A DNA stretch of 64,000 bases from Candidatus Latescibacterota bacterium (GCA_965197905.1 CBDAOB010000005.1:2336001-2400000), one strand, 5' to 3'. Counted from the first letter of the stretch, positions 29,201 to 37,383 are shown. Made by a program: numbers and translations. The notes: generated by a model not told the origin, from the sequence alone.

Positions 29201-29416
29201 CCAGGACAGGACGGCCATGCCCAAAGCAAAGAGAACGGCTATCCAGCTGTACATCACCGGAAGGTGGTCGACGCCGACGCGGACATTGAAAACGGCAGCG
29301 GCTACGCTCTTGACGATGCCGTCGTTGACGGATACGAGAATGAAAATGGATGCCGCGTGAACCAGGCGTGGCACTTCGTTCCGCCTCAAGCTCAGCAGTC
29401 GAAGTATGCGATTCAT
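26243..29416 (-). CDS. NTT/TLC-like MFS transporter fused to HEAT repeats and a C-terminal cNMP-binding domain
   Basis: About 12 TM helices (SRAKVLFPLL..SAILG..GG); HEAT units (DDDPEVRLSSARAL, HPHPAVR, DPDPDVV); VFGEMALLDDEPRSASV. Confidence 0.88.
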   Translation of the reverse strand: MNRILRLLSLRRNEVPRLVHAASIFILVSVNDGIVKSVAAAVFNVRVGVDHLPVMYSWIAVLFALGMAVLSWLTAKVARQRLLFGLLGFVTVLLLVNSLFLHRQSAGGWELQGTGFYPFLFVSSELARSLVGFHIWIVAGGICYTSRAKVLFPLLAASAILGDIVGGFAVRLLGSRLDAYALYGLAVANMFLIILLLRPLVRRYFVSQQDDQGETAATIGENLRYLGHSGYLKLLFLLSIAIFAIYTAIHYGFNVVVRQHYSSESEITSFFGLFYGTTGVATLIFSTFLLRLVLRWLGTGNVYMWVCVVYGVISIALYSGFSGILPLSAVAAIFAFNLVNYLLLDSVIAPTYQVLIKLVPSRNSDGTRMIMEGGFMLLGGLVGAGVTLLHARAFLSLDQLFLVLTLIGGVMLVAGWYLKYSYTDVLVRAVREQDIDVDDEQAMQALGQVLSRAPEVPRDLLVHTDDGVRQMGIEILRKNPGPAAEAVCLPLVEHENPRIRSSALEALNPHGGDTGMIDTVIPRIDDDDPEVRLSSARALSRLLGSGQNGNGTQLPIEAVQQRITDAVLPRIAADDDAATVQAEFLNILDRLHHNPSADQRDSKLRELLGSEETEAIIAGIETAGSMRDSSHYGRMLELAGHPHPAVREAVAANFTDYSHEGVFDEVLGLLADPDPDVVSKAVEGLKTFAEPAQRVEMVSMLDRRPLSEWVGLMAALSEIEERSTMAEVLDACKGRLTQANRYLVAIEILRDLDVSGELELLVDQLKGQNRIVQDGVIRLLGHMSDVGVVNDLIERLSEDNAEARENSIELLENIADRELMEYLIPLLEDENPERRAVAEELSGWQSVDVDDVLRYLLTVPDPWTQLAAVWSIFVLDKQSLFPGDRAGLDPLVQEALSELQEQGVSVAAQEHLPLTTMDKITFLKQSQFFAALPLEELYHIASSMQEETVRADTTVIQEGTLGDKMYIVVRGQLEVRKAAEDEADKTQRVALFAEREVFGEMALLDDEPRSASVVTIEDVHLLSLERSSLERILRRYSSIAFNMMRILSQRIRDSNAA

Positions 29417-29454
29417 CGGCGACGGAGGGGGAGATCCCAGTTCAAGTGTCGCAG

Positions 29455-30492
29455 CTAGTCATCGGCGTTTTTGTTCCAGACATCGACCATTTGCGGCCCT
29501 TCGGCGATATAGTCGTTGGTGGCCACGTCGTCCATTTCCCGCAGACGTGCGGTGACCTCCGATATGCGGCGAACCTGCTTCTCGATCGTGTGCAGCTTCG
29601 TTAGAAGCTTCTCGTCCAAATCCGGGTTCAGCAGGCGCATGGTCTGGGCGTTGTTCGAGATGATGTTGAGCGGATTGTTGATCTCGTGATTCACGGTGAT
29701 GACCATCTGCCCGATGGTCGCGAGTTTTTCCACCCGCAGAAGTTCCCGCTCCAGACGGGTCTGCTCCGAAACATCCTCACATACGAGCATCGCCCCCACG
29801 GTTTGCTGCTCCCTGTCGATCAAGGGTGTAGCCATCGTGGAAAGTACCAGATCGCCGTCCGCTGTGGCGAAGGTTTCCCGGTGTTCCTCGACGCGCTCCT
29901 TTGTCCGGGCAGCCGATTCACACAGGGATTGCCACTTATTTCCGAGTTCACCGGGCAGGGATTCCCCGAGGGTAATTCCGACGGCATCCACCAGATCCAA
30001 CCCAGACCCCAAACGCACAAGAAAATCCAATTGCCGTTTGTTGATCGATGTTATGCGCAGTCCCTCATTCAAGACGACAACCCCCAACGGAATGTTGTCC
30101 AACATCTGCTCAAGGTGGCGTCTGGCGTTGGTTAGAATCTCCTCCGACATGGAGCGATGAGTTATATCCTCGAAAAGCACGGCAAATCGCTCCCCCGTCG
30201 AACCCGTCGCCGCCACCTCCACCTCGTAAGCTCGTCCCCGGTGGCTCCAGGTGAACCGCTCCTCGGCGCCGGCCCCAACGAGTCGCGCAGTGGCAAGCGC
30301 AATCGCGTCTCCGAGATCGGCACACTCCTCGATCGCCGCAGACAGCAGCGAACAAGATTCGCGGGAATCGACTTGAGTTGAAAGCCCGAAAAGGACGCGG
30401 ATCTTGTTGCTAAAGGCACGCACCTCCAATCCTCCGTCGACGACCACCAACGGTCGCGGGAAGCTCGCGACTAACTCGGATGCGAAATCCAC
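29455..30492 (-). CDS. PAS-PAS-HisKA protein lacking a HATPase domain
   Basis: Two PAS-like domains ending FEDIT and CEDVS; H-box TVNHEINNPL; ends about 70 aa later with no N/G boxes. Confidence 0.85.
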   Translation of the reverse strand: MDFASELVASFPRPLVVVDGGLEVRAFSNKIRVLFGLSTQVDSRESCSLLSAAIEECADLGDAIALATARLVGAGAEERFTWSHRGRAYEVEVAATGSTGERFAVLFEDITHRSMSEEILTNARRHLEQMLDNIPLGVVVLNEGLRITSINKRQLDFLVRLGSGLDLVDAVGITLGESLPGELGNKWQSLCESAARTKERVEEHRETFATADGDLVLSTMATPLIDREQQTVGAMLVCEDVSEQTRLERELLRVEKLATIGQMVITVNHEINNPLNIISNNAQTMRLLNPDLDEKLLTKLHTIEKQVRRISEVTARLREMDDVATNDYIAEGPQMVDVWNKNADD

Positions 30493-30502
30493 GAGGTCTT
30501 CC

Positions 30503-31339
30503 TCAGGACGACCGCAGGTGTGCCAGATCCCGATGCATGTCCCCCATCAACGCTCCGATCGAGTCGAGATCCAAATCGAGTACCCCCAGCGCCTCCGGCT
30601 CCAGGCGCGGGATCCTGGCATCCCCTCCGTTGCCTAACGCCTCGGCGCGGCAGAGGATATCGGCCAGGTGAACCACCGCGGTGCGCTGCGCATGTTCCCT
30701 GCGAGGTCGAAAATCGTGGTGATCGATTATCGGTTCGACCAGTTGCGGCGGTAGCGTCCACTCCTCCAGGAACCATCCACCGAGAGCGCCGTGATTGAAT
30801 CCCAACACCTCCTCTTCCGCTTCGCAGAACAACATTTCCTTCTTGTCGATGCGCAGGCGAATGCGGTGGAAGTCATTCTCCAGCGACTGACACAACACTA
30901 CTTTGCCGAGATCGTGCAACAGGCCGATAACACTCAGCTCCTCGGGATCGGGTAGCTGCGCTCGTTCGGCAATCATGATACAGGCTCGGGCGCAAGCCAG
31001 GGAATGGCCCCAAAGTCCGGGAAGCGATTCTTCCATAATTTCCAGCACGGAAGAACTGAGAACGAGGCTTTTCGCCGCATCGAAACCGAGCATCGTCACT
31101 GCGTGGGAAACCGTGGAGATCGGTTTCGAAAAGCCATAGAATCCTGAGTTCACCAGCTTCAGGATCTTGGCGCACAACACCTGGTCTTTGGCCAACTCCT
31201 CACCCAACTGACGTCCGGTGGTGGAGGGATCGTCGACGATCTCGATGACCCGGGCGACGACGCCCGGCAGGGTCGGAAGATTGCTCGCCCGGGAGATACG
31301 TTTGCGGATGTGCTCTTTTCTGACGTCCAGGTCGGACAT
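30503..31339 (-). CDS. HDOD domain protein
   Basis: LPTLP, DQVLCAKILKLVNSGFYG, LWGHS, GLLHDLGK, W.LP...I..HH. Confidence 0.95.
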   Translation of the reverse strand: MSDLDVRKEHIRKRISRASNLPTLPGVVARVIEIVDDPSTTGRQLGEELAKDQVLCAKILKLVNSGFYGFSKPISTVSHAVTMLGFDAAKSLVLSSSVLEIMEESLPGLWGHSLACARACIMIAERAQLPDPEELSVIGLLHDLGKVVLCQSLENDFHRIRLRIDKKEMLFCEAEEEVLGFNHGALGGWFLEEWTLPPQLVEPIIDHHDFRPRREHAQRTAVVHLADILCRAEALGNGGDARIPRLEPEALGVLDLDLDSIGALMGDMHRDLAHLRSS

Positions 31340-31343
31340 GAGC

Positions 31344-31643
31344 TCACGCCCGTTTCGACAAATGTTTCTTTGCCGTTTCCTTGATGTACATCATAAGCGA
31401 ATCGTCCTCAAGGCCGGCGAATCGACGGTCCAGCTCTTCCAAGCGCTCCGCGGCGGGACCGGCAATTTCGCCAGCCCCCGATCCTTCCACTGCAAGAGTA
31501 GTAATACCCCAACTCTGCATTCGACTCACCACCGCGGGAGACAAACGTGCGCCTTTGGGAAGGAGCACCTTGCCCTCGACATTCAGGAGCGGTTCCGAGA
31601 GGATGTCGCCCACCTTTGCCTGATCGACTGAGATCGTCTGCAT
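31344..31643 (-). CDS. Small hypothetical protein (HDOD-associated)
   Basis: MQTISVDQAKVGDILSEPL....G.VLL.KG..L; resembles the N-terminal module of HD-GYP/HDOD neighbours. Confidence 0.75.
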   Translation of the reverse strand: MQTISVDQAKVGDILSEPLLNVEGKVLLPKGARLSPAVVSRMQSWGITTLAVEGSGAGEIAGPAAERLEELDRRFAGLEDDSLMMYIKETAKKHLSKRA

Positions 31644-31654
31644 ACCTTGAACCT

Positions 31655-32341
31655 TCAGTTCCCCTCCGCCAAGTTTGCCCGCTCCCAATAACTCTTAAAC
31701 TGCCCGCGGATCCACTGCATCGACGAGGAGCAAATGGCGTTGAAACCACCCCAGGTCCAGCGCAAAGGCCATTCCTTAGCGCTACTGATCTTGTGAAAGA
31801 TTCGCCAGCGATCCGAATTGGCCAGCTCGGCCTCTCTACTCAAACGGATGAGCTCGCGTTCGTACCTCGAGTGTATGAGGTTTTCGGCATGGCGCTCGAG
31901 TTTCTCCGGTTCGACGACAGTCACCCTTGGACAAATCATGCCCGATTCACGCAAAATGAATCCATGAATCCAATCCTCGGGCACGTTGCCTTTGCTTTTC
32001 GTGGCCGCTGAAGAAATCGTGTCGACCGTCATGACGGCGTAGGTGCGACAGATCAACGGGCGCACAGGGTAGATCGTGCACTCATTTTCCGATCCGAGGA
32101 AGGGGCATCGTCGTGGCCGCTCTTCGGTAAATGCCAGAAGGGCATCGGATCGCTCCTCAGGAAAATGCTCCACTATGTAGGCAGTGATGTTCAGGTACTC
32201 GGCGGCGTACAGGGGAAACATCGTCGCATACTCTTCGTCGTACTCTGTATTGGTGAGCACGCAGCATTCCCCCGATTGCTCGCAGCGCGTTGCTGGCACC
32301 TGATCGTACAGCGCCTGAAGTTTCTTTGAGAGATTTGACAT
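31655..32341 (-). CDS. YkgJ-family cysteine-cluster protein
   Basis: CEQSGECC...CPFL...CTIYPVRPLICRTY. Confidence 0.9.
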   Translation of the reverse strand: MSNLSKKLQALYDQVPATRCEQSGECCVLTNTEYDEEYATMFPLYAAEYLNITAYIVEHFPEERSDALLAFTEERPRRCPFLGSENECTIYPVRPLICRTYAVMTVDTISSAATKSKGNVPEDWIHGFILRESGMICPRVTVVEPEKLERHAENLIHSRYERELIRLSREAELANSDRWRIFHKISSAKEWPLRWTWGGFNAICSSSMQWIRGQFKSYWERANLAEGN

Positions 32342-32414
32342 CTGAATGGTCTGCGACGAACTCCTTCACAAACGGTCAAAAATGCACATTGCGCTTGGGA
32401 CCCGCAAGGAGCGC

Positions 32415-32444
32415 TTGACACTCGAGTTGGGAGCCCGCTATATT
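32415..32444 (+). promoter_or_regulatory. Putative sigma70 promoter
   Basis: TTGACA-18 nt-TATATT, 19 nt before ATG 32464. Confidence 0.65.
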
Positions 32445-32463
32445 CGGCGCAAACAGGTCTGAA

Positions 32464-32640
32464 ATGGCTGAAAAACGGAAATTTTTAGGGGTCATGTTTC
32501 AATGCTGCCGGGTCTATGCGAGGGTGTACATCAACAAGCAGAACACCGCGTACAGCGGCATGTGTCCTCGCTGCGGAAAGCGGGTCGAATTCAAGGTGGG
32601 CCACGGCGGCACCGACAGCCGATTCTTCGACGCCTACTAA
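32464..32640 (+). CDS. 58-aa Cys-rich (zinc-ribbon-like) protein, not in ORF track
   Basis: MAEKRKFLGVMFQCCRVYARVYINKQNTAYSGMCPRCGKRVEFKVGHGGTDSRFFDAY*; own promoter; fills the intergenic gap. Confidence 0.8.
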   Translation: MAEKRKFLGVMFQCCRVYARVYINKQNTAYSGMCPRCGKRVEFKVGHGGTDSRFFDAY

Positions 32641-33947
32641 TTCTCCACCTTGAGTGCCCCTAGAACCTGCCGGGCACCTGAGCGCACCGCCTGCTCGCTC
32701 TCCGGCACGAACATCTGCACCTCTCCATACACCTTGTACGCTTTATCTATCTCGTAACCACCGCGCGGATACTCGTCGGAGGTTGGAAGATATCCCACAC
32801 AACCGTTGGCGAGGCCACAAACAATCGTCGGTTGGAACGGAGACTCCCGTTCGATATCACGCTGATACCGGGCAAACATCTCCCCTTCGAATCCGAGAAA
32901 CACCATATCTCCAAGGCGAATTCCTTGGATCTCGAATTCCCGACACCTGGGTTTGCCCCCCTCAGAGCGCCACCGTTTCGCTTCCCGAATCCACTCCAAA
33001 CCTGCTTGCGCGACTAGATAACTCGAGCGGCTCCGTCCACCGGGCGAACACCGCCGGTAGATTTCTTTTAACCACGACATTCGGTGGATCGATTCGCAGT
33101 AGAGCCGCCCCGGGGGCGGAAGCAACTCCAGCTGGACAATCTGCCTCACCACTCCGACCTGATCGGCAGACACGGGAACTGAGGCGGCCAGACTCCGCTC
33201 AACTGCCTGGCCAAGCAGCTCTCCCAATTCCGTAACATCGTCGAAGGTGCCGTTGGTTATACGCGGATTGACATCGCCGCAAGCCCCGTTCAGAAAGATC
33301 GCAGGAACTCCGGTTTGAGATTCGAGATAAGACACGGCCGCCCCGGGAAAATCGGCGCTGATCTCGCAGTTGTCCGCGCCCAGCACAACGGGGTGACAGG
33401 GGTGGCTGAGGATTGAGGCGATGGGGCCTGCGGCTCCTTCCATGCGAACGGCATGCAGGTGCCCCACCAGTAGTGCCTCGGATTCTTCGTGCGCGGCGCT
33501 TCTCCGGTTGTATCCCAGCTGAAACGGCACGGTGGCATACGAAAGCATTACGGGCTCCAGCTTGTCGCGCGCATTCTGCACGCATTCCGTAACGCGGTCT
33601 GCCAGGACGGCCATATAGTCGGCATCCATAGTGCCCATTCCACGGTACGGATAGGTGAGTGGCCCCGAGTGGGTGTGGGTACAGCAGATCAGGGTCGCCT
33701 GCGGGGGAATTCCCGAACTGTCGGCGATGCGGCGGCGCAGCTTTTCAACGTGCTCCCTGTGCAGCGCGACCAAATCCAGCACTACCATTGCGGCGCAATT
33801 GAGACCGTCGCTCCACACCGCGGCGCGAACATGCAGCCGATCGTGAACGCCCAGGGCCACGGATGGGCGCAACCAGTACCCGCCCATGGGAACACCGAGC
33901 TGCGGCGTTATATCGCCAACAGCCACACCGCACGAAAGGCTACTCAT
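32637..33947 (-). CDS. Neutral/alkaline ceramidase-like hydrolase
   Basis: DITP, GVHDRL, CTHTHSGP, PCHPV, SADFPG, NGACGDVNP, ANG..GYLPT..Y..GGYE. Confidence 0.88.
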   Translation of the reverse strand: MSSLSCGVAVGDITPQLGVPMGGYWLRPSVALGVHDRLHVRAAVWSDGLNCAAMVVLDLVALHREHVEKLRRRIADSSGIPPQATLICCTHTHSGPLTYPYRGMGTMDADYMAVLADRVTECVQNARDKLEPVMLSYATVPFQLGYNRRSAAHEESEALLVGHLHAVRMEGAAGPIASILSHPCHPVVLGADNCEISADFPGAAVSYLESQTGVPAIFLNGACGDVNPRITNGTFDDVTELGELLGQAVERSLAASVPVSADQVGVVRQIVQLELLPPPGRLYCESIHRMSWLKEIYRRCSPGGRSRSSYLVAQAGLEWIREAKRWRSEGGKPRCREFEIQGIRLGDMVFLGFEGEMFARYQRDIERESPFQPTIVCGLANGCVGYLPTSDEYPRGGYEIDKAYKVYGEVQMFVPESEQAVRSGARQVLGALKVEN

Positions 33948-34497
33948 CAGAGGCTGATCGAATCTGCTTCCAGTTTTGCGGGAGAATGATTAGCGGAGCA
34001 CCAGGCGCTACGGCATCGTACAGAGCGACGAGATCCCTCGCACCGACTCTGATCCACGGTCGCGTCGGCTTGCCCCACTCGGGATGCGCGAAAAGCAGCA
34101 AGCCGTGTTCGAAAAGAAGCGCGCACCTCTCATTGGCCATGGTCGCCAGGTTGTCTTCCCAATCGAAGGCAAAGGAGTGGATCGCTCCGGGAAAGAGCGT
34201 GGGCCGATAACGTCGCAGGTGGCTGTCCAATGCGGATGGGGATTCGGGCTGCTGTCCCAGGGACGACTCCAGAATCGGCATCGCGCGGAGCACTGCCTTG
34301 CGCCGCATCAGACGCACTTCGCCGATCTGTCTGTCGATCAGGACATACGGCCGATCCGCTTCGATGACGGCCAGCCACCGCCGAAGGTTCTTGTTGACGA
34401 ACCGGTAGTCCAGATCCTGGGCGGCAACGGGGAGTGCCAAAAGTGAGATGGCCACCCAGATTCGCAGACATCTCACGCGCGACGGATCGAGTGCCAC
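33940..34497 (-). CDS. Degenerate L,D-transpeptidase-like secreted protein (catalytic His/Cys absent)
   Basis: Aligns with the upstream LDT: PYVLID...VLR and TRPWIRVGARDLVALYDAVAPGAPLII vs THGCVRVGESDLKFFYDTVEPGWPVFI; start uncertain. Confidence 0.65.
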   Translation of the reverse strand: MALDPSRVRCLRIWVAISLLALPVAAQDLDYRFVNKNLRRWLAVIEADRPYVLIDRQIGEVRLMRRKAVLRAMPILESSLGQQPESPSALDSHLRRYRPTLFPGAIHSFAFDWEDNLATMANERCALLFEHGLLLFAHPEWGKPTRPWIRVGARDLVALYDAVAPGAPLIILPQNWKQIRSASDE

Positions 34498-34501
34498 GCA
34501 G

Positions 34502-35095
34502 TCAGTAGATGAACACGGGCCAGCCTGGCTCAACCGTGTCGTAGAAGAATTTAAGGTCGCTCTCGCCAACGCGAACGCAGCCGTGGGTAATGCTCTTACC
34601 GAGGTTGACCTCGTAGATCGTGCCGTGAATCATATACTCTTTGGCGAAGTACAGGGCGTAGGAACCTAGGGCGCCAAACTCGAATCTTCGTTTGTCCTCC
34701 GCGAAGATCGGGATCTCCTCGCCCGCCTCCAGAAACGCCCACTCCGGTTTGGCCCAGATCGGGTTTTCGACCTTTCGAAGCACCGAGAAACTCCCTCTTG
34801 GGGTTTCAAAGTGCCACTTGTGTTTCCAGCGCTTGGGTCCTTCAAGCCGGCGGCCGCTGCCCGTCGAACAGACGGCGTCTCGCAAGACGCGCTCACCATT
34901 TTTCAACAACAGCCGGTTCTCGCGGGTATTGACGACGAGATACGGCGTCGGGGGGTCCGTTTCCCGCAGCCGTGTCATGAGTTCCGCGTACTCGCGCAAC
35001 AACCGGCTAGCGTCGGGAGACCCTTGCTGCGCGCCCCAAGCTGCGGACCCGGTGAGCCACAACGCGAAAGTTATTATCGAGAGGCGGTTTTCCAT
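34502..35095 (-). CDS. L,D-transpeptidase (YkuD family)
   Basis: STG, TPRG.F, P.W..PEW, YMIHGT...GKSITHGCVRV; signal peptide; start re-called to ATG 35095. Confidence 0.93.
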   Translation of the reverse strand: MENRLSIITFALWLTGSAAWGAQQGSPDASRLLREYAELMTRLRETDPPTPYLVVNTRENRLLLKNGERVLRDAVCSTGSGRRLEGPKRWKHKWHFETPRGSFSVLRKVENPIWAKPEWAFLEAGEEIPIFAEDKRRFEFGALGSYALYFAKEYMIHGTIYEVNLGKSITHGCVRVGESDLKFFYDTVEPGWPVFIY

Positions 35096-35102
35096 ACCTG
35101 GC

Positions 35103-35137
35103 AAAAAAAAGCCGGGCGATTACTGCTGTCGCCCGGC
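35103..35137 (-). terminator. Intrinsic terminator after the lipoprotein gene
   Basis: Minus strand GCCGGGCGA-9 nt loop-TCGCCCGGC followed by T8. Confidence 0.85.
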
Positions 35138-35162
35138 CATATCTAGTTGGGAATCTTGTTGG

Positions 35163-35792
35163 TTAAATGCGCTCGTACCACGGCTTCATCTTTTCTACCA
35201 TTTCCGCATGCTTCTGCGCCGCCGCATCGACGCCACTGGAAACACCTTCAGCCGTCATTTTAGCGCTGGAGGCTTTGCTTTTCGCAGTATCGAAATCTTC
35301 ACGTGACGCTGCGGCGCGGGCGGCACTCAAATCGGCTTCGGCGCTACCCAATTCGGTCTGTAGCTGTTCGATGTCACCCTCCGTACCCTTACCTGATGGG
35401 GCGTTGGCAAGGCTCGATCGCGCACTTTCCAACGCGGCCTCTGCACTGCCAATGTTCGAATCAGCTCCCCGCTTTGCCTGCGCCTTCGTTGCGACGGCAG
35501 TCGATTTGGCTGCCTCCGCCTTTGCTTTGGCATCGGATATCATAGGAGTTACTTGATCAAAGTTCTTGAACAACTTCTGCTGTTCGGCCTCCATCGCACT
35601 CTTGGCTTTGTCATAGGCGCTTTGGGCGGAGGCTAGCTCGCTGGCGGCGAACCGATCGGCTCCGGCAGATTTTGCGTCCTGCACGGCTCGGTTTGCGGCT
35701 TCCAGTTCCGCGGTAGGAGGATTCCCGCCACAGCCGACCAACAACCCTACGGCCACAAACGGCAGTAGCAGTTTGGATACCCGATTTCTCAT
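35163..35792 (-). CDS. Ala/Lys-rich coiled-coil lipoprotein (DUF4398-like)
   Basis: Lipobox LLVGC; PP.AEL.AA..A...AK.AGADRFA..EL..A; start re-called to ATG 35792. Confidence 0.85.
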   Translation of the reverse strand: MRNRVSKLLLPFVAVGLLVGCGGNPPTAELEAANRAVQDAKSAGADRFAASELASAQSAYDKAKSAMEAEQQKLFKNFDQVTPMISDAKAKAEAAKSTAVATKAQAKRGADSNIGSAEAALESARSSLANAPSGKGTEGDIEQLQTELGSAEADLSAARAAASREDFDTAKSKASSAKMTAEGVSSGVDAAAQKHAEMVEKMKPWYERI

Positions 35793-35844
35793 TGCCAGTC
35801 TCCTAATCTGGATCGCTTTGGAACTTTCATAGTTGAGATAAAGC

Positions 35845-35873
35845 AACTTAAAACAGGACCTTGGGCTTGTCAA
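35845..35873 (-). promoter_or_regulatory. Putative sigma70 promoter for the lipoprotein gene
   Basis: Minus strand TTGACA-17 nt-TAAGTT. Confidence 0.6.
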
Positions 35874-35897
35874 GGCAAATCTCCCAAACCCCTCTGG

Positions 35898-36215
35898 TTA
35901 CTGTACTTGGAAGCCATCCGTGCCCCGTCCCCTGCCGCCGGGACGCTGCCGATCCCGCTCCAGCTGTATCTGCTGTTTTAGGTCAATATACTCGCGCTCG
36001 AGCCGGTCGATCTCCTCCCGTGCTGGACCCAATTGATCTCGCCGCGAGCCCAGTTCCAGTCGCAAGGCTTCAATTCGAGCGGACAGCTCTTCCTTGGTGG
36101 CTTCGAGGCGTTCGATGCGGGGGGTAATCAGCGACTTATACTTGACGTAATCCATGACCACTTGAAACGAAAAAAAGAGGCAGCCTATGGCAAAGATGGC
36201 TATTACCCATTCCAT
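35898..36215 (-). CDS. Single-TM coiled-coil hypothetical protein
   Basis: N-terminal TM helix then heptad-rich helix; co-oriented with short gaps. Confidence 0.75.
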   Translation of the reverse strand: MEWVIAIFAIGCLFFSFQVVMDYVKYKSLITPRIERLEATKEELSARIEALRLELGSRRDQLGPAREEIDRLEREYIDLKQQIQLERDRQRPGGRGRGTDGFQVQ

Positions 36216-36221
36216 TGGGGT

Positions 36222-36419
36222 TTATCTCACGTCCTCTGTATCGCCGTAGTCGTCATCATCGTCGCCAGGCACCTCGAAGATCCACCCGCAATCGCTACAC
36301 AGCGGATGTTCCGGATCCCTTTTTGCATGGCACTGAGGACAACGAGGAGTACCGATGGGAAGGTATTTCAAGATTACCACGATAATAATGAGGGCAGTAA
36401 AAAAAAGCGACCAGATCAT
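36222..36419 (-). CDS. Small membrane-anchored zinc-ribbon protein
   Basis: TM helix, CPQC...CSDCG, acidic tail; start re-called to ATG 36419. Confidence 0.7.
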   Translation of the reverse strand: MIWSLFFTALIIIVVILKYLPIGTPRCPQCHAKRDPEHPLCSDCGWIFEVPGDDDDDYGDTEDVR

Positions 36420-36453
36420 TGAGGCGGAAGAAAACTTCGATTGCGAAGACGCT

Positions 36454-36921
36454 TCAGGAAGAAGCGAACAGGGTAAGTTGGGCGTTGGTATCCCGCAGTC
36501 TCTGAGCGAGAACCCGGGCAATGTTACTCAGAACTGCGATGTGAGCCTGCGGTTCGCGCTTAAAGAGATGCTCCAGGTCGGTCAGCCGAATCGACAGCAG
36601 TACCGCTTCGGTCTCAGAGGTTACGGTGGCCGACCTGGGACCCGGATCGACGACGGCGATCTCGCCGAAAAACGCGCCCTTGTGGCGCAAGGTGGCCAGG
36701 TGGACTCGGCCTTTGTTGCCTTCCACGGAAACGGAAACCTCACCGCTGTAAAGGAGGAAGATGGCGTCGCCTTGCGTGCCTTCCTCGACGATCGAGGCCC
36801 CGGAAGTATGTTGGCGAACCTCGGTGATGTCGATCAGCTGATCGATGGATTCAGCAGGCAACCCGCGAAACAGTGGGGATTGTCGAAAAAACTCGAGGTC
36901 GGACTTCGGCTCACTTGCCAT
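36454..36921 (-). CDS. Stand-alone cyclic nucleotide-binding domain protein
   Basis: SPLFRGL, EEG..GD, FFGEIAVVDPGPRSATV; no HTH. Confidence 0.92.
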   Translation of the reverse strand: MASEPKSDLEFFRQSPLFRGLPAESIDQLIDITEVRQHTSGASIVEEGTQGDAIFLLYSGEVSVSVEGNKGRVHLATLRHKGAFFGEIAVVDPGPRSATVTSETEAVLLSIRLTDLEHLFKREPQAHIAVLSNIARVLAQRLRDTNAQLTLFASS

Positions 36922-36924
36922 CGT

Positions 36925-37383
36925 TCACTGGTCGCGAGAGAGCTCGACGATGCGGTCGCCGGACGCCCGCAATCGCAATGACAGGTTGCGGGCGATATTC
37001 AGAATCATCGTCATTTGAGCACGAGGCAGCTTGGTGAAGAATGAGGCAAGCTCCTTCTTTGGAAAGGCGAGAATCTCCACATCCCTCTCGGCGCGGATGT
37101 TAGCCGATCGCGGCATAATGTCGATGAGAGACATTTCGCCGAAGAAATCCCCCATCTCGGAGAAGGTCGCCAGCGCGACTGGACTTCCGGCGTTCGCCTT
37201 CTCGATGACCACGGAGCCATCGCGCAGAATGAAAAGACAGTCACTTGGCGTACCCTCAGCGACGATTAGATTGGGGGCAGAATAGGTGCGTTGTTCGGAG
37301 ATGGCCAATAGCGCCGCGATCTCCTCCGAACTCAATCCCACGAGCAATGAGGAGGATTCGAGGGCTTCAAGAGGAGTGGCCAT
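36925..37383 (-). CDS. Stand-alone cyclic nucleotide-binding domain protein
   Basis: AEGTPSD, FFGEMSLIDIMPRSANI; no HTH. Confidence 0.92.
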   Translation of the reverse strand: MATPLEALESSSLLVGLSSEEIAALLAISEQRTYSAPNLIVAEGTPSDCLFILRDGSVVIEKANAGSPVALATFSEMGDFFGEMSLIDIMPRSANIRAERDVEILAFPKKELASFFTKLPRAQMTMILNIARNLSLRLRASGDRIVELSRDQ

